From assembly GCA_030610255.1 (NCBI GenBank), contig JAUWSB010000001.1, positions 1 through 35,349 of the forward strand: a stretch of 35,349 bases of DNA, written 5' to 3'. Source of the DNA: Bacteroidota bacterium (lineage in GTDB: Bacteria > Bacteroidota > Bacteroidia > Bacteroidales > JADFUO01). The notes below the pieces were generated by a model that saw only the letters and a program-made list of their open reading frames with translations, made no database searches and was not told the DNA's origin. A program made the translations under genes and the position numbers. Shown here in pieces: positions 18,720 to 27,797 of this stretch (its first letter is position 1; every line of letters begins with the position of its first letter).

Positions 18720-19457
18720 TTAAACCGAATGAACTGCATCTGCAATCGCTGCAATAAGAGAACTATCTTTTTCAATGCTATTGCCAACTACAATTACATC
18801 AGCACCGGCTTTTACATTTTCAAATGCTTTTTCAGGAGAATTAATACCTCCACCTATGATCAGTGGTATTGAAATACTTTGTTTAACTATTGTTATCATT
18901 TCCTTGGAGATTGGCTCTAAAGCACCGCTACCTGCATCCATAAAAATCATTTTTAGTCCGAGCATCTCACCTGCCATAGCAGTGCAGGCAGCCACATCAA
19001 TTTTATCCGAAGGTATTGGAAAAGAATTGCTCATATAGGAAACGGTTGTCTGTTTTCCACTGTCAATAAGCATATAGCCGGCTGAAATAACTTCCAGTCC
19101 GCTAAGCTTAAGATATGGTGCTGCAATTACATGACGACCTATCAACATTTCTGCGTTCCTTCCGGATATTAATGACAGGAATAAAAAAGCATCGGCTTTA
19201 TTGCTCATCTGTAAAGTGTTTCCCGGAAACAAAACAATAGGAATAGTACTGTGTTCTTTCAGGAGTTTAATGCAAATATCTAAGTTGTTATTTGTAAGTA
19301 AACTTCCTCCGACAAAAAAATAATCAACTGAGGATTTTTGTGCATTTTCAGCTATATTGATTATTTCCTTATCGGATGGTTTATCAGGGTCAACCAAAAC
19401 TGCAAATTGTTTTTTCCCCTGCTTTTGTTTTTCTGTTAGGGAAGTATATATGCTCAT
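18720..19457 (-). CDS. geranylgeranylglyceryl/heptaprenylglyceryl phosphate synthase family protein (GGGPS/PcrB)
   Basis: 245 aa TIM-barrel-like protein. Motifs are AVLVDPDK, FFVGGS, and the C-terminal phosphate-binding IIGGGINSPEKAFENVKAGADVIVVGNSIE, which is characteristic of the PcrB/GGGPS family. Confidence 0.8.
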   Translation of the reverse strand: MSIYTSLTEKQKQGKKQFAVLVDPDKPSDKEIINIAENAQKSSVDYFFVGGSLLTNNNLDICIKLLKEHSTIPIVLFPGNTLQMSNKADAFLFLSLISGRNAEMLIGRHVIAAPYLKLSGLEVISAGYMLIDSGKQTTVSYMSNSFPIPSDKIDVAACTAMAGEMLGLKMIFMDAGSGALEPISKEMITIVKQSISIPLIIGGGINSPEKAFENVKAGADVIVVGNSIEKDSSLIAAIADAVHSV

Positions 19458-19534
19458 GCGGATGTTTTTTCTACAATATTAAGAAAAATAATAAATTGAA
19501 TGGTAAAAAATATTAAAAATTTGTTTGTTACTGG

Positions 19535-21112
19535 TTACGGGATCTTTGTTATATCCTTACCTTTATAAGCATTATGATCTTTTAAAAGAAAAGTATTAGC
19601 CCAGCTAGAAGTATTTTTCAAATCATAATTTATAATAACAGGTCTTTTGTTTAATAAATTATTTTTGTTCCCGTTAAAATATTTATTACGATAATAAGCT
19701 CTTACCCAAATACATTCTCTGCCTGTTTTTGTAACTTCACACATATTTTTTGAACTTCCTCCGCAAGGTCCGTTTCTTTGATTTTTTTCACATTGTGAAA
19801 CTGGGCATAAATATGTTATATCAGGCAAAGAGCAATCACCACATTCTTTGCATCTGAAAAAAATCGTTTTCCAAAATCTTTCATTGCAATAAGATAATTT
19901 ACTTAATATATTCCTTTTTTCAATAAATCTATAATACGACTTACAAGTTTTAAAAAAAGGAGCATCATATCCAAAAAATAAAGCATGTATTATTCTGCTG
20001 AATCTGTATGAAAGAGTTACATATTTTGAAAATGATGATTTTTTGAAATTTGAATATTGGTGATTTATTTTATTTGTGTCAGAAAGTCCGGTGTTTTTAT
20101 CAAGCGAATAATAATAAAATTCTTTTGGTTGCGGATTTGTAAGTTCTTTGACAAAATCAAGCCAATCAGCGGATTCGTATTCTTTAACTTTATTCATTAT
20201 TGCTTTAAAATCTTCATAATTATGAATGCCACCAATGTAAGCCCCTTTATATCCCATTGCTTTTAAAGCAACAAATTGTTTTGCAGCAAAATCAATAAAA
20301 AAGTTTTTACCTTTATCCTTAGATTTTTTTTCCTTTTTAATTTTTTCAAGAAATTCATCAGAAACAACACATCCCGGAATTAAATTTTTATTAAAAATAT
20401 TTGCTACACCTGCTGACAATAGATAGATATAGCCAATTACAGGTAAATCAATTTTATTGTCTTTTAAATAGTTTAATAATTCATGCGATTTCCTGATATC
20501 ATATCCCAATTGAGAAATAATAAATTTTGCACCTGTTTTGATCTTTAATTTCAGCTTTTCGTATTGCATCATTTGTTCTGCTTCGCTGAATTTATAAGGT
20601 GAAACAGCACATCCCAAAAAGAAATCGGTTTTATCAAGCTCAATAAATGAACCGGGCTTTCTTCCTTTTATCGTCAGACCCTGATTCATATTGTTAAGCA
20701 TTTCCAACAATCCAACAGAGTCCAAATCGAAAACAGGCTGAGCAATACCTTTATAACCATTTACCGGGTAGTCGCCTGAAAGAACCAATAAATTATCAAA
20801 TTGCTCGCTTGCATATTTCCAGACAAGACTTTCCAAACCATTTCTGTTCAGGTCTTTACAGCTTATATGAATAATAATATTCTTTCCGGAACCCATAATT
20901 TTTCCCCCCAGTAAATCAGGTGACATAGTAGGGTTACCACCTGCGCTATCGGTAATTGAAAGCCAGTCAATTCTGTCATCATTTGAGAGATTTTCGGCAA
21001 GTGTTAATACTTTCAGGCTATTCTTTTGTTGAATTATTCCTCGTGTGTTTACTAATTCTACGCCGGTTAAAAATTTGTCTTCTTTTTCAAATAATTCTCT
21101 CAATTTATTCAT
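19535..21112 (-). CDS. methylenetetrahydrofolate reductase (MetF-like TIM barrel) fused to a C-terminal MetV-like Cys-rich domain
   Basis: 525 aa. The N-terminal ~300 aa carry MetF-like segments (SITDSAGGNP, LVLSGDYP, FFLGCAVSPYK, GAKFIISQLGYD). Residues ~421-467 read CKECGDCSLPDITYLCPVSQCEKNQRNGPCGGSSKNMCEV...ECIWV, matching the MTHFR_C/MetV zinc-ribbon-like pattern (NGPCGG). Confidence 0.8.
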   Translation of the reverse strand: MNKLRELFEKEDKFLTGVELVNTRGIIQQKNSLKVLTLAENLSNDDRIDWLSITDSAGGNPTMSPDLLGGKIMGSGKNIIIHISCKDLNRNGLESLVWKYASEQFDNLLVLSGDYPVNGYKGIAQPVFDLDSVGLLEMLNNMNQGLTIKGRKPGSFIELDKTDFFLGCAVSPYKFSEAEQMMQYEKLKLKIKTGAKFIISQLGYDIRKSHELLNYLKDNKIDLPVIGYIYLLSAGVANIFNKNLIPGCVVSDEFLEKIKKEKKSKDKGKNFFIDFAAKQFVALKAMGYKGAYIGGIHNYEDFKAIMNKVKEYESADWLDFVKELTNPQPKEFYYYSLDKNTGLSDTNKINHQYSNFKKSSFSKYVTLSYRFSRIIHALFFGYDAPFFKTCKSYYRFIEKRNILSKLSYCNERFWKTIFFRCKECGDCSLPDITYLCPVSQCEKNQRNGPCGGSSKNMCEVTKTGRECIWVRAYYRNKYFNGNKNNLLNKRPVIINYDLKNTSSWANTFLLKDHNAYKGKDITKIP

Positions 21113-21127
21113 CGGATAAAATTTTAT

Positions 21128-21274
21128 AAACCGTTAAAACGGTTATGGTTTTTCGTTTTATTTCCCACGACTAAAGATAGCGTGTGAAAATACAATTTTT
21201 TGGTAAAAGTCCGCTTCAGCGGACTAAGGATTACTCTTTCATGCTCCTCTAATTCACCACAATAAATTGTGGTG
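21128..21274. other. cluster of three unrelated perfect palindromes/hairpins in the metH-metF spacer
   Basis: The three are AACCGTT-aa-AACGGTT (21128-21143), AGTCCGCT-tc-AGCGGACT (21208-21225) and CACCACAAT-aa-ATTGTGGTG (21255-21274). All were checked base by base. Stems are 7-9 bp with 2-nt centres. Confidence 0.7.
21205..21225 (-). terminator. candidate intrinsic terminator downstream of metH
   Basis: The minus strand reads AGTCCGC-TGAA-GCGGACT followed by TTTACCAAAAAA. The stem is GC-rich for this genome and is followed by a short U-run. It lies about 250 nt after the metH stop. Confidence 0.4.
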
Positions 21275-21391
21275 CTAATCTTATATTTATAAAGCATTCT
21301 GCATTTTCATATAGAATATTCAAATTCTAATTATTGATTATTTTGTATTTATTGTCTTTAGCCCAAAATAAATGGCTTTTCGGAGTGGACT

Positions 21392-21487
21392 CATTACTCC
21401 ATTACTCATTCACTCCTTCACTCCTTCACTCCTTCATTCTATTACTCTATTACTCCATCATTCCATCATTCCATTACTCCCCCATTC
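21392..21487. repeat. degenerate 8-bp tandem array, about 12 units (CATTACTC / CTTCACTC / TATTACTC / CATCATTC)
   Basis: Exact 8-nt phasing was counted from 21392. The units read cattactc x2, attcactc, cttcactc x2, cttcattc, tattactc x2, catcattc x2, cattactc, ccccattc. The last units encode the final 4 codons and the stop of metH (stop at 21474-21476). Confidence 0.85.
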
Positions 21488-24400
21488 CACTTATTAAATT
21501 TTCAATAATTTCAGGTTTTACATTTTTCCTTTTTGCATAATCTTCTAACTGGTCCTCATAGATTTTTCCAACTGAAAAATATTTTGATTGAGGGTGTGAA
21601 AAATACAAACCACATAAAGAAGCAGTCGGATACATAGCATAATTTTCCGTTAAATTTATTTTAATGTTTTTTTCAACATTTAATAAATCAAAAATTGTTT
21701 TCTTTTCAGAATGGTCAGGACAGGCAGGATAACCTATTGCAGGGCGTATTCCCTGAAAATTTCCTTTAAACAACTGTTTTTTTGTTAAGTTATCGTCAGC
21801 AGCATATCCCCAGATTTCTTTTCTTATTTTTAAATGCAATAATTCTGAAAATGCTTCGGCTAATCTGTCAGCCAGTAACTGAAGCATAATGGCTTTATAA
21901 TCATCATTATTTTCTTTATAAAACTGTAATGATTTTTCAATATTCAGACCTGTTGTTAAAGCAAAAAAACCGATATAATCATTAACTTTGCTTTGTTTCG
22001 GGGCAATAAAATCTGCTAATGATAAATTCGAATTACCATTTGGTTTTTTAGTCTGTTGACGCAAATTATGAATTACTTTCAAAACATTTTCTCGTGAACG
22101 GTCAGAGTATATTTCAATATCATCAACAACTGAATTAGCAGGAAACAAGCCTATAACTGCCTTTGCATCCAGTAAATTGTTATTAATAATTTCTTCTAAA
22201 AGATTTTGAGCATCATCAAATAATTTTTGTGCCTCTTTAGATTTTATTTCATTTTCAGAAATGTTTGAAGAAATACCTTTTAATTCCCATGCTTTAAAGA
22301 AAAACGTCCAATTGATATATTCTTTAATTTCGTTTATTGAATAGTCATCAAAGATATTAACTCCGGTAAATTTAGGTTTTATAATTGAAGATTTTTTCCA
22401 ATTGATTTTTAACTTATTCTTACGGGCATCCTCAATAGATAAATATTCTGTAATACTTTTTTTACTGTGTTTATCTCTTAATTTTTGATATTCATTTTTT
22501 ATTAAATCAATATATTTTTCTTTTTTATTTTCAGATAACAAATTATTCACAATCATCACACTTTGCGAGGCATCCTTAACATAAACGGCAGCACCTGAAT
22601 ATTCAGGTGCAATTTTTACGGCAGTATGAATTTTAGAAGTAGTTGCACCTCCAATTATCAGAGGTATGGAAAAATCTTGTTCTTCCATCTCTTTGGCAAC
22701 TTTCACCATTTCTTCAAGAGAAGGAGTAATTAATCCGCTTAACCCTATAATATCAACATTTTTAGCTTTTGCCTCCTCTAATATTTTTTCGGTTTGTACC
22801 ATAACTCCCAAATCAATAATATCGTAATTATTACATGATAAAATAACACTTACAATATTTTTCCCGATATCATGCACGTCGCCTTTAACAGTAGCTAATA
22901 AAATTTTCTTTAAAGAACTCTTTTGTCCGTTTTGTGATTTTTCCTGTTCAATATATGGGTGCAAAAATGCAACTGCCTTTTTCATAACTCTTGCTGTTTT
23001 TACAACTTGTGGCAAGAACATTTTTCCTTCACCAAATAATTTCCCAACTGCTTTCATTCCATCCATTAACGGATCTTCAATAATACTTAAGGCAGGAGAA
23101 TATTTTTTGCGGGCTTCTTCCAGATCTTCTTCAAGATAATCGGTAATTCCTTTTATTAATGCATGTTTTAATCGTTCTTCAACCGTATTGTTCCTCCATT
23201 CATCAGGTTTAATAACTTCAGTGCCTTTTTCAATTATTTCCTGTGCAAATTCAATAAGTTTTTCAGTTGCAACAGCATTGCGATTTAAAACAACATCTTC
23301 AACCAGGATTAATAAATCTTCAGGTATTTCATCATAAATCTGTAACATTGCAGGGTTTACAATTCCCATGTCCAATCCTGCATTAATTGCATGATAAAGA
23401 AATACCGAATGCATTGCCTGCCGTACAACATTATTTCCTCTGAAAGAAAAAGACAAATTGCTAACACCAGCACTGACCTTTGCATAAGGAAGATTTTCTT
23501 TTATCCATTTTGTTGTATTTATAAAATCAACGGCAAAATTGTTATGTTCTTCAATGCCTGTTGCTATTGCCAGAATGTTCGGGTCAAAAATTATATCCTG
23601 AGGTGGAAAATCAACTTTATTTACGAGAATATCATAAGCACGCTTACAAACTTCTATTCTTCGTTTAAATGAGGTTGCCTGACCTTTTTCATCAAAAGCC
23701 ATAACAACAACGGCAGCTCCGTATATTTTTATTTTTTCTGCATGTTCTATAAAAATATCTTCGCCTTCCTTTAAACTAATTGAGTTCACAATAGCTTTGC
23801 CCTGCAAACATTTTAATCCGGATTCAATAACTTCCCATTTGGATGAATCAATCATAACAGGCACACGTGCAATATCAGGGTCAGAGCTTAAAAGGCTTAA
23901 AAAATTAACCATTTCTTTCTCGGCATCAAGCATTGCATCATCCATGTTTACATCAATTATCTGGGCTCCGTTTTCCACCTGATGATGTGCAATTGATAAT
24001 GTTTCTTCATATTGCTTTTCCCTGATCAAGCGTGCAAATTTCCGTGAGCCTGCAACATTTGTTCTCTCACCGATATTAACAAAATTGCTTTCTTTACTGA
24101 TTGTAAGAGGTTCAAGTCCGCTTAATTGGGTCAGGTTTTTTTTGTCAGGCACTTCTCTTTTATTTGCTTTTTCTGCTAGTTGTACAAATTCTTTAATATG
24201 AGCAGGTGTTGTTCCGCAGCAGCCACCAATAATATTTACTAATTTATTATCAAAATATTTTTTAATTTTTAATGCCATTATTTCGGGTGTCTGGTCATAT
24301 TCGCCAAATTCATTTGGAAAGCCGGCATTAGGATAAACACTAATATTAAAAGGTGCAATTTTAGATAATTCTTCCAAATAAGGTTGTAATCCGTCAGCTC

Positions 24401-25145
24401 CAAACGAGCAGTTCAATCCGATACTGAATAAATTAAAATGAGAAAGAGAAATAAGAAACGCTTCAACAGTTTGCCCTGATAATGTTCTTCCGCTTTTATC
24501 GGCAATAGTAACCGATATCGATACAGGTAATTTTACTTTTTTCTTTTTTAAAATTTTTTCAACAGCAAACAAAGCTGCTTTTGCATTAAGAATATCAAAA
24601 ACCGTTTCTATTAGAATCAGATCAACTCCACCGTCAATTAATGCTTCTGCCTGTTCTTTATAAGCTTCAACCAGATTGTCAAAAGTGACTGCTCTGTAAG
24701 CAGGATTGTTTATATCAGGCGACATTGAAGCAGTTTTGTTGGTTGGACCTATTGACCCAGCAACAAAGCGTGCTTTATCAGGGTTTAATAAAGTATATTT
24801 ATCAGCAACTTCCCGTGCATTTTTTGCAGCAACATAATTTATTTCATAAACCAAATCTTCCATCTTATAATCTGCCAATGAAATTCTGTTGGCATTAAAG
24901 GTATTTGTTTCAATAATATCTGCTCCTGCTTCTAAAAACTGAGAATGAATTTCTTTAATTATTTCCGGTTTTGTTAATGATAATAAGTCGTTATTTCCTT
25001 TCTGCTCAGGAAAATTCTTTGTAAATCTTTCTCCACGAAAATCTTTTTCTTCAAGATTATATTTCTGTATCATGGTACCCATTGCACCATCAAGAATCAG
25101 TATTCGTTTTTCAACTTCTGTGTAAATGTTTTTTTCGGTATTCAT
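21474..25145 (-). CDS. metH: cobalamin-dependent methionine synthase
   Basis: 1223 aa with the full four-module layout. The Hcy S-methyltransferase module has ILDGAMGT and GGCCGTTP. The pterin-binding module follows. The B12-binding module has the DxHxxG motif ([11 protein letters not shown]). A C-terminal AdoMet-activation domain completes the protein. Confidence 0.97.
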   Translation of the reverse strand: MNTEKNIYTEVEKRILILDGAMGTMIQKYNLEEKDFRGERFTKNFPEQKGNNDLLSLTKPEIIKEIHSQFLEAGADIIETNTFNANRISLADYKMEDLVYEINYVAAKNAREVADKYTLLNPDKARFVAGSIGPTNKTASMSPDINNPAYRAVTFDNLVEAYKEQAEALIDGGVDLILIETVFDILNAKAALFAVEKILKKKKVKLPVSISVTIADKSGRTLSGQTVEAFLISLSHFNLFSIGLNCSFGADGLQPYLEELSKIAPFNISVYPNAGFPNEFGEYDQTPEIMALKIKKYFDNKLVNIIGGCCGTTPAHIKEFVQLAEKANKREVPDKKNLTQLSGLEPLTISKESNFVNIGERTNVAGSRKFARLIREKQYEETLSIAHHQVENGAQIIDVNMDDAMLDAEKEMVNFLSLLSSDPDIARVPVMIDSSKWEVIESGLKCLQGKAIVNSISLKEGEDIFIEHAEKIKIYGAAVVVMAFDEKGQATSFKRRIEVCKRAYDILVNKVDFPPQDIIFDPNILAIATGIEEHNNFAVDFINTTKWIKENLPYAKVSAGVSNLSFSFRGNNVVRQAMHSVFLYHAINAGLDMGIVNPAMLQIYDEIPEDLLILVEDVVLNRNAVATEKLIEFAQEIIEKGTEVIKPDEWRNNTVEERLKHALIKGITDYLEEDLEEARKKYSPALSIIEDPLMDGMKAVGKLFGEGKMFLPQVVKTARVMKKAVAFLHPYIEQEKSQNGQKSSLKKILLATVKGDVHDIGKNIVSVILSCNNYDIIDLGVMVQTEKILEEAKAKNVDIIGLSGLITPSLEEMVKVAKEMEEQDFSIPLIIGGATTSKIHTAVKIAPEYSGAAVYVKDASQSVMIVNNLLSENKKEKYIDLIKNEYQKLRDKHSKKSITEYLSIEDARKNKLKINWKKSSIIKPKFTGVNIFDDYSINEIKEYINWTFFFKAWELKGISSNISENEIKSKEAQKLFDDAQNLLEEIINNNLLDAKAVIGLFPANSVVDDIEIYSDRSRENVLKVIHNLRQQTKKPNGNSNLSLADFIAPKQSKVNDYIGFFALTTGLNIEKSLQFYKENNDDYKAIMLQLLADRLAEAFSELLHLKIRKEIWGYAADDNLTKKQLFKGNFQGIRPAIGYPACPDHSEKKTIFDLLNVEKNIKINLTENYAMYPTASLCGLYFSHPQSKYFSVGKIYEDQLEDYAKRKNVKPEIIENLISGMGE

Positions 25146-25247
25146 ATATTGATATATTTTACTAATTTATTTTTTGAAACGAAAGCATTGTTTACTTATT
25201 TTAGTGAAAGTAGACAGAATTAAGATTTACGAATTACGAAGAACTAA

Positions 25248-25295
25248 AACACTTTAACACCTTAACACAATAACACTTTAACACAATAACACGGG
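25248..25295. repeat. degenerate 8-bp tandem array, 6 units (AACACNNN)
   Basis: The units read aacacttt aacacctt aacacaat aacacttt aacacaat aacacggg in exact 8-nt register. The array ends one base before the PPTase stop codon (25296-25298) and lies about 100 nt upstream of the metH ATG (25145). Confidence 0.85.
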
Positions 25296-25931
25296 TTAAA
25301 AAACATAAACCAACATATAATCATTAACCTGCTCGTAAAATAATTTGTATTTTTTTGAATAACTATCACCTGACAGCTCGCCGTTTATATGCCCTTTTTG
25401 TTCAAAGTTGAATGGGGCAATTTTTATATTGGTGATAAAATTCAGGTCTCTTTTTCCATACAATTTGTATAATGCTTCTTTTGCACACCAGTAAATATAA
25501 AGTTTTTCCAACCTGAAATTTTCGTTAATATCTTTAAGTTCGTTTTCGCTAAGGAATTTACTTTTTATGCGTTCAATCCTTTGAGAAATTTTTTCAATAT
25601 CAATTCCTACCGGCACTTTCCTGCTAACAATTACAGCAGCAAATTCAACCGAATGACTGACGGAAATTTTATAATTTGAGTTTTTCAGATATGGCTTCCC
25701 AAATTCATTATATAAAATTTTTAATTCCGATTTAGAATCAATTAATTCTTTAAGTAAAATTCGGTAAGTAAGCCAATGTTTTTTCCTGAGTTCTGTTTTA
25801 AAAGAATTAAATATTTCAAAATCTTCTTTATCAAGAATTAGTTTTGAGTTTAACCATTCTGCTGACTCGGATATTTTCCAGATACCAATTAAAATGTTAT
25901 CGTTTATTTGTTTTTTAAAAAATATGGGCAT
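25296..25931 (-). CDS. 4'-phosphopantetheinyl transferase, Sfp type
   Basis: 211 aa with motifs VGIDIEKI and WCAKEALYKLYG, matching the PPTase signatures G-x-D and W-x-x-KE-A-x-x-K. Confidence 0.85.
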   Translation of the reverse strand: MPIFFKKQINDNILIGIWKISESAEWLNSKLILDKEDFEIFNSFKTELRKKHWLTYRILLKELIDSKSELKILYNEFGKPYLKNSNYKISVSHSVEFAAVIVSRKVPVGIDIEKISQRIERIKSKFLSENELKDINENFRLEKLYIYWCAKEALYKLYGKRDLNFITNIKIAPFNFEQKGHINGELSGDSYSKKYKLFYEQVNDYMLVYVF

Positions 25932-25950
25932 TTTACTTAACTGTTAAATT

Positions 25951-26148
25951 ATTTGTAACTAATCAGTTTATTAATCAATTCCTATTTTCTGGCTTTGAGA
26001 ATAAATTTTAAAAATGGTATAGGGGGAATAAGGGTATAAAGGCATTCCCATATTTCCATTATTCCCCCTATTTCCTTTATTTCCCAACTCAGTAATAATA
26101 TTTGTTAAGAAATTTTCATTGTTAATTTAATACTTATTAGTTACAAAT
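25951..26148 (+). repeat. MITE-like structured intergenic repeat, copy 2 (about 198 bp)
   Basis: It has perfect 13-bp terminal inverted repeats: ATTTGTAACTAAT (25951-25963) and ATTAGTTACAAAT (26136-26148). A perfect 11-bp internal stem pairs ATAGGGGGAAT (26019-26029) with ATTCCCCCTAT (26061-26071). Its ends are shared with copy 1 at 6925-7168, in the same orientation. Confidence 0.8.
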
Positions 26149-26221
26149 ATTCTTAGTTTTCAAAATTTTCAATTTTCAAAGTTAATTGTAAAATCTAAAT
26201 TATTTAAAAAATTCATAAAAC

Positions 26222-26252
26222 TTTGCTCTTTTATAAATATTGACTAATTTTG
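26222..26252 (+). promoter_or_regulatory. Bacteroidota-type promoter for ahcY (-33 TTTG / -7 TAATTTTG)
   Basis: TTTG at 26222-26225 and TAATTTTG (TAnnTTTG) at 26245-26252 are separated by 19 nt. The element lies about 40 nt upstream of the ahcY ATG (26291). Confidence 0.55.
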
Positions 26253-26290
26253 CACCCCTCAAAAATTAAAACAATTTAAAATAATTTATA

Positions 26291-27712
26291 ATGGAAAATG
26301 TAATGGTTGAAAAAGAATTAAAATATAAAATAGCAGATATTTCTCTTGCAGAATTCGGAAGGAAAGAGATAGAAATTGCTGAAAAGGAAATGCCCGGATT
26401 AATGACTATCCGTAAAAAATATATAGCAGAGAAACCCCTTAAAGGAGCAAGAATAACAGGTTCACTTCACATGACTGTTCAAACTGCCGTTTTGATTGAA
26501 ACTCTGATTACATTAGGAGCTGAAGTAAGGTGGGCAAGTTGTAATATTTTTTCAACACAGGACCATGCAGCTGCAGCTATTGCTAAAACAGGTGTTCCTG
26601 TCTTTGCATGGAAAGGCGAAACCCTTGATGAATATTGGTGGTGTACGAATAAGGCACTATCTTTCCCCGGTGGAAAAGGACCTCATTTGGTTGTGGATGA
26701 TGGCGGAGATGCAACCTTATTACTTCATAAAGGTTATCAAATTGAAAATAATCCCAAACTCCTTGAAAAAATTCCTTCAAATTCTGAGGAAAAAGCAGTT
26801 ATGAATTTGCTTAAGGAAATTTACGTTGAAAATCCTAAAAAATGGCATCAGGCAACAGAAGAATGGAAAGGTGTTTCCGAGGAAACAACAACCGGGAATC
26901 ACAGATTATATCAAATGAAAGAAAAAGGAGAACTGTTAGTACCTGCTATGAATGTTAATGATTCGGTTACAAAATCAAAATTTGATAATTTATACGGATG
27001 CCGTGAATCATTGGCTGATGGTATTAAAAGAGCAACAGATGTGATGATCGCAGGTAAAGTAATTGTGATTTTGGGTTATGGCGACGTTGGAAAAGGTTGT
27101 GCCAAATCCATGAAATCATTTGGTGCCAGAGTAATTATAACCGAAATAGACCCTATTTGTGCTTTACAGGCTGCAATGGAAGGTTTTGAAATTAAACCTG
27201 TTGAAGACACTCTTGATGAAGGAAATATCTTCGTTACAGCCACAGGTAACAAAGATGTTATCACAGCCGAACACATGGCTCAAATGAATGACCAGTCAAT
27301 TGTTTGTAATATAGGTCATTTTGATAACGAGATACAAGTTGAAAGACTGGAAACATGGCAGGGAATTGAAAAAACAAATATTAAACCTCAGGTTGATAAA
27401 TACACTTTTCCAGATGGTAAATCAATTTATTTGCTGGCAGAAGGCCGTTTGGTTAATCTCGGATGTGCAACAGGTCATCCGTCATTTGTAATGAGCAATT
27501 CATTCACAAATCAAACTTTAGCACAGATTGAACTTTGGAAAAATGATTATGAAATTGATGTTTACCGTCTTCCGAAAAAAATTGATGAAGAAGTTGCACG
27601 CTTACATCTTGATCATATCGGGATTAAACTAACAAAGATGACCCAGGAACAAGCCGATTATATTGGTTTCCCTGTTGACGGACCATATAAAGCCGACCAT
27701 TACAGGTATTAA
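26291..27712 (+). CDS. ahcY: adenosylhomocysteinase (S-adenosyl-L-homocysteine hydrolase)
   Basis: 473 aa. The N-terminus reads [27 protein letters not shown], the NAD-binding motif is [10 protein letters not shown], and the C-terminal tail reads [10 protein letters not shown]. All are typical of AhcY. Confidence 0.97.
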   Translation: MENVMVEKELKYKIADISLAEFGRKEIEIAEKEMPGLMTIRKKYIAEKPLKGARITGSLHMTVQTAVLIETLITLGAEVRWASCNIFSTQDHAAAAIAKTGVPVFAWKGETLDEYWWCTNKALSFPGGKGPHLVVDDGGDATLLLHKGYQIENNPKLLEKIPSNSEEKAVMNLLKEIYVENPKKWHQATEEWKGVSEETTTGNHRLYQMKEKGELLVPAMNVNDSVTKSKFDNLYGCRESLADGIKRATDVMIAGKVIVILGYGDVGKGCAKSMKSFGARVIITEIDPICALQAAMEGFEIKPVEDTLDEGNIFVTATGNKDVITAEHMAQMNDQSIVCNIGHFDNEIQVERLETWQGIEKTNIKPQVDKYTFPDGKSIYLLAEGRLVNLGCATGHPSFVMSNSFTNQTLAQIELWKNDYEIDVYRLPKKIDEEVARLHLDHIGIKLTKMTQEQADYIGFPVDGPYKADHYRY

Positions 27713-27797
27713 TGTGTGCCTGACCATAAAGTCAAACAATTTTTGTAACTACTCAATCACAATTTCTAACCACAAAAGATTGTAATACAATAAAAAA

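Noticed and set aside
21392-21487. Tandem arrays (also 25248-25295) as a possible CRISPR array
   Set aside because: The units are 8 bp, contiguous, degenerate and have no spacers. No cas genes are present. This is not CRISPR.
21334-21540. 68-aa plus-strand ORF (..[30 protein letters not shown]..)
   Set aside because: It is simply the translation of the 8-bp tandem array and of the antisense of the metH 3' end. The peptide is low-complexity and shows no start context. I treat it as an artefact.
25146-25295. Cobalamin or SAM riboswitch in the metH leader (and an SAH riboswitch upstream of ahcY, 26149-26290)
   Set aside because: By eye there is no B12 box and no conserved GC-rich multi-helix core, and the leaders are AT-rich and repeat-filled. 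An Rfam/Infernal scan would be decisive, but I see no support.
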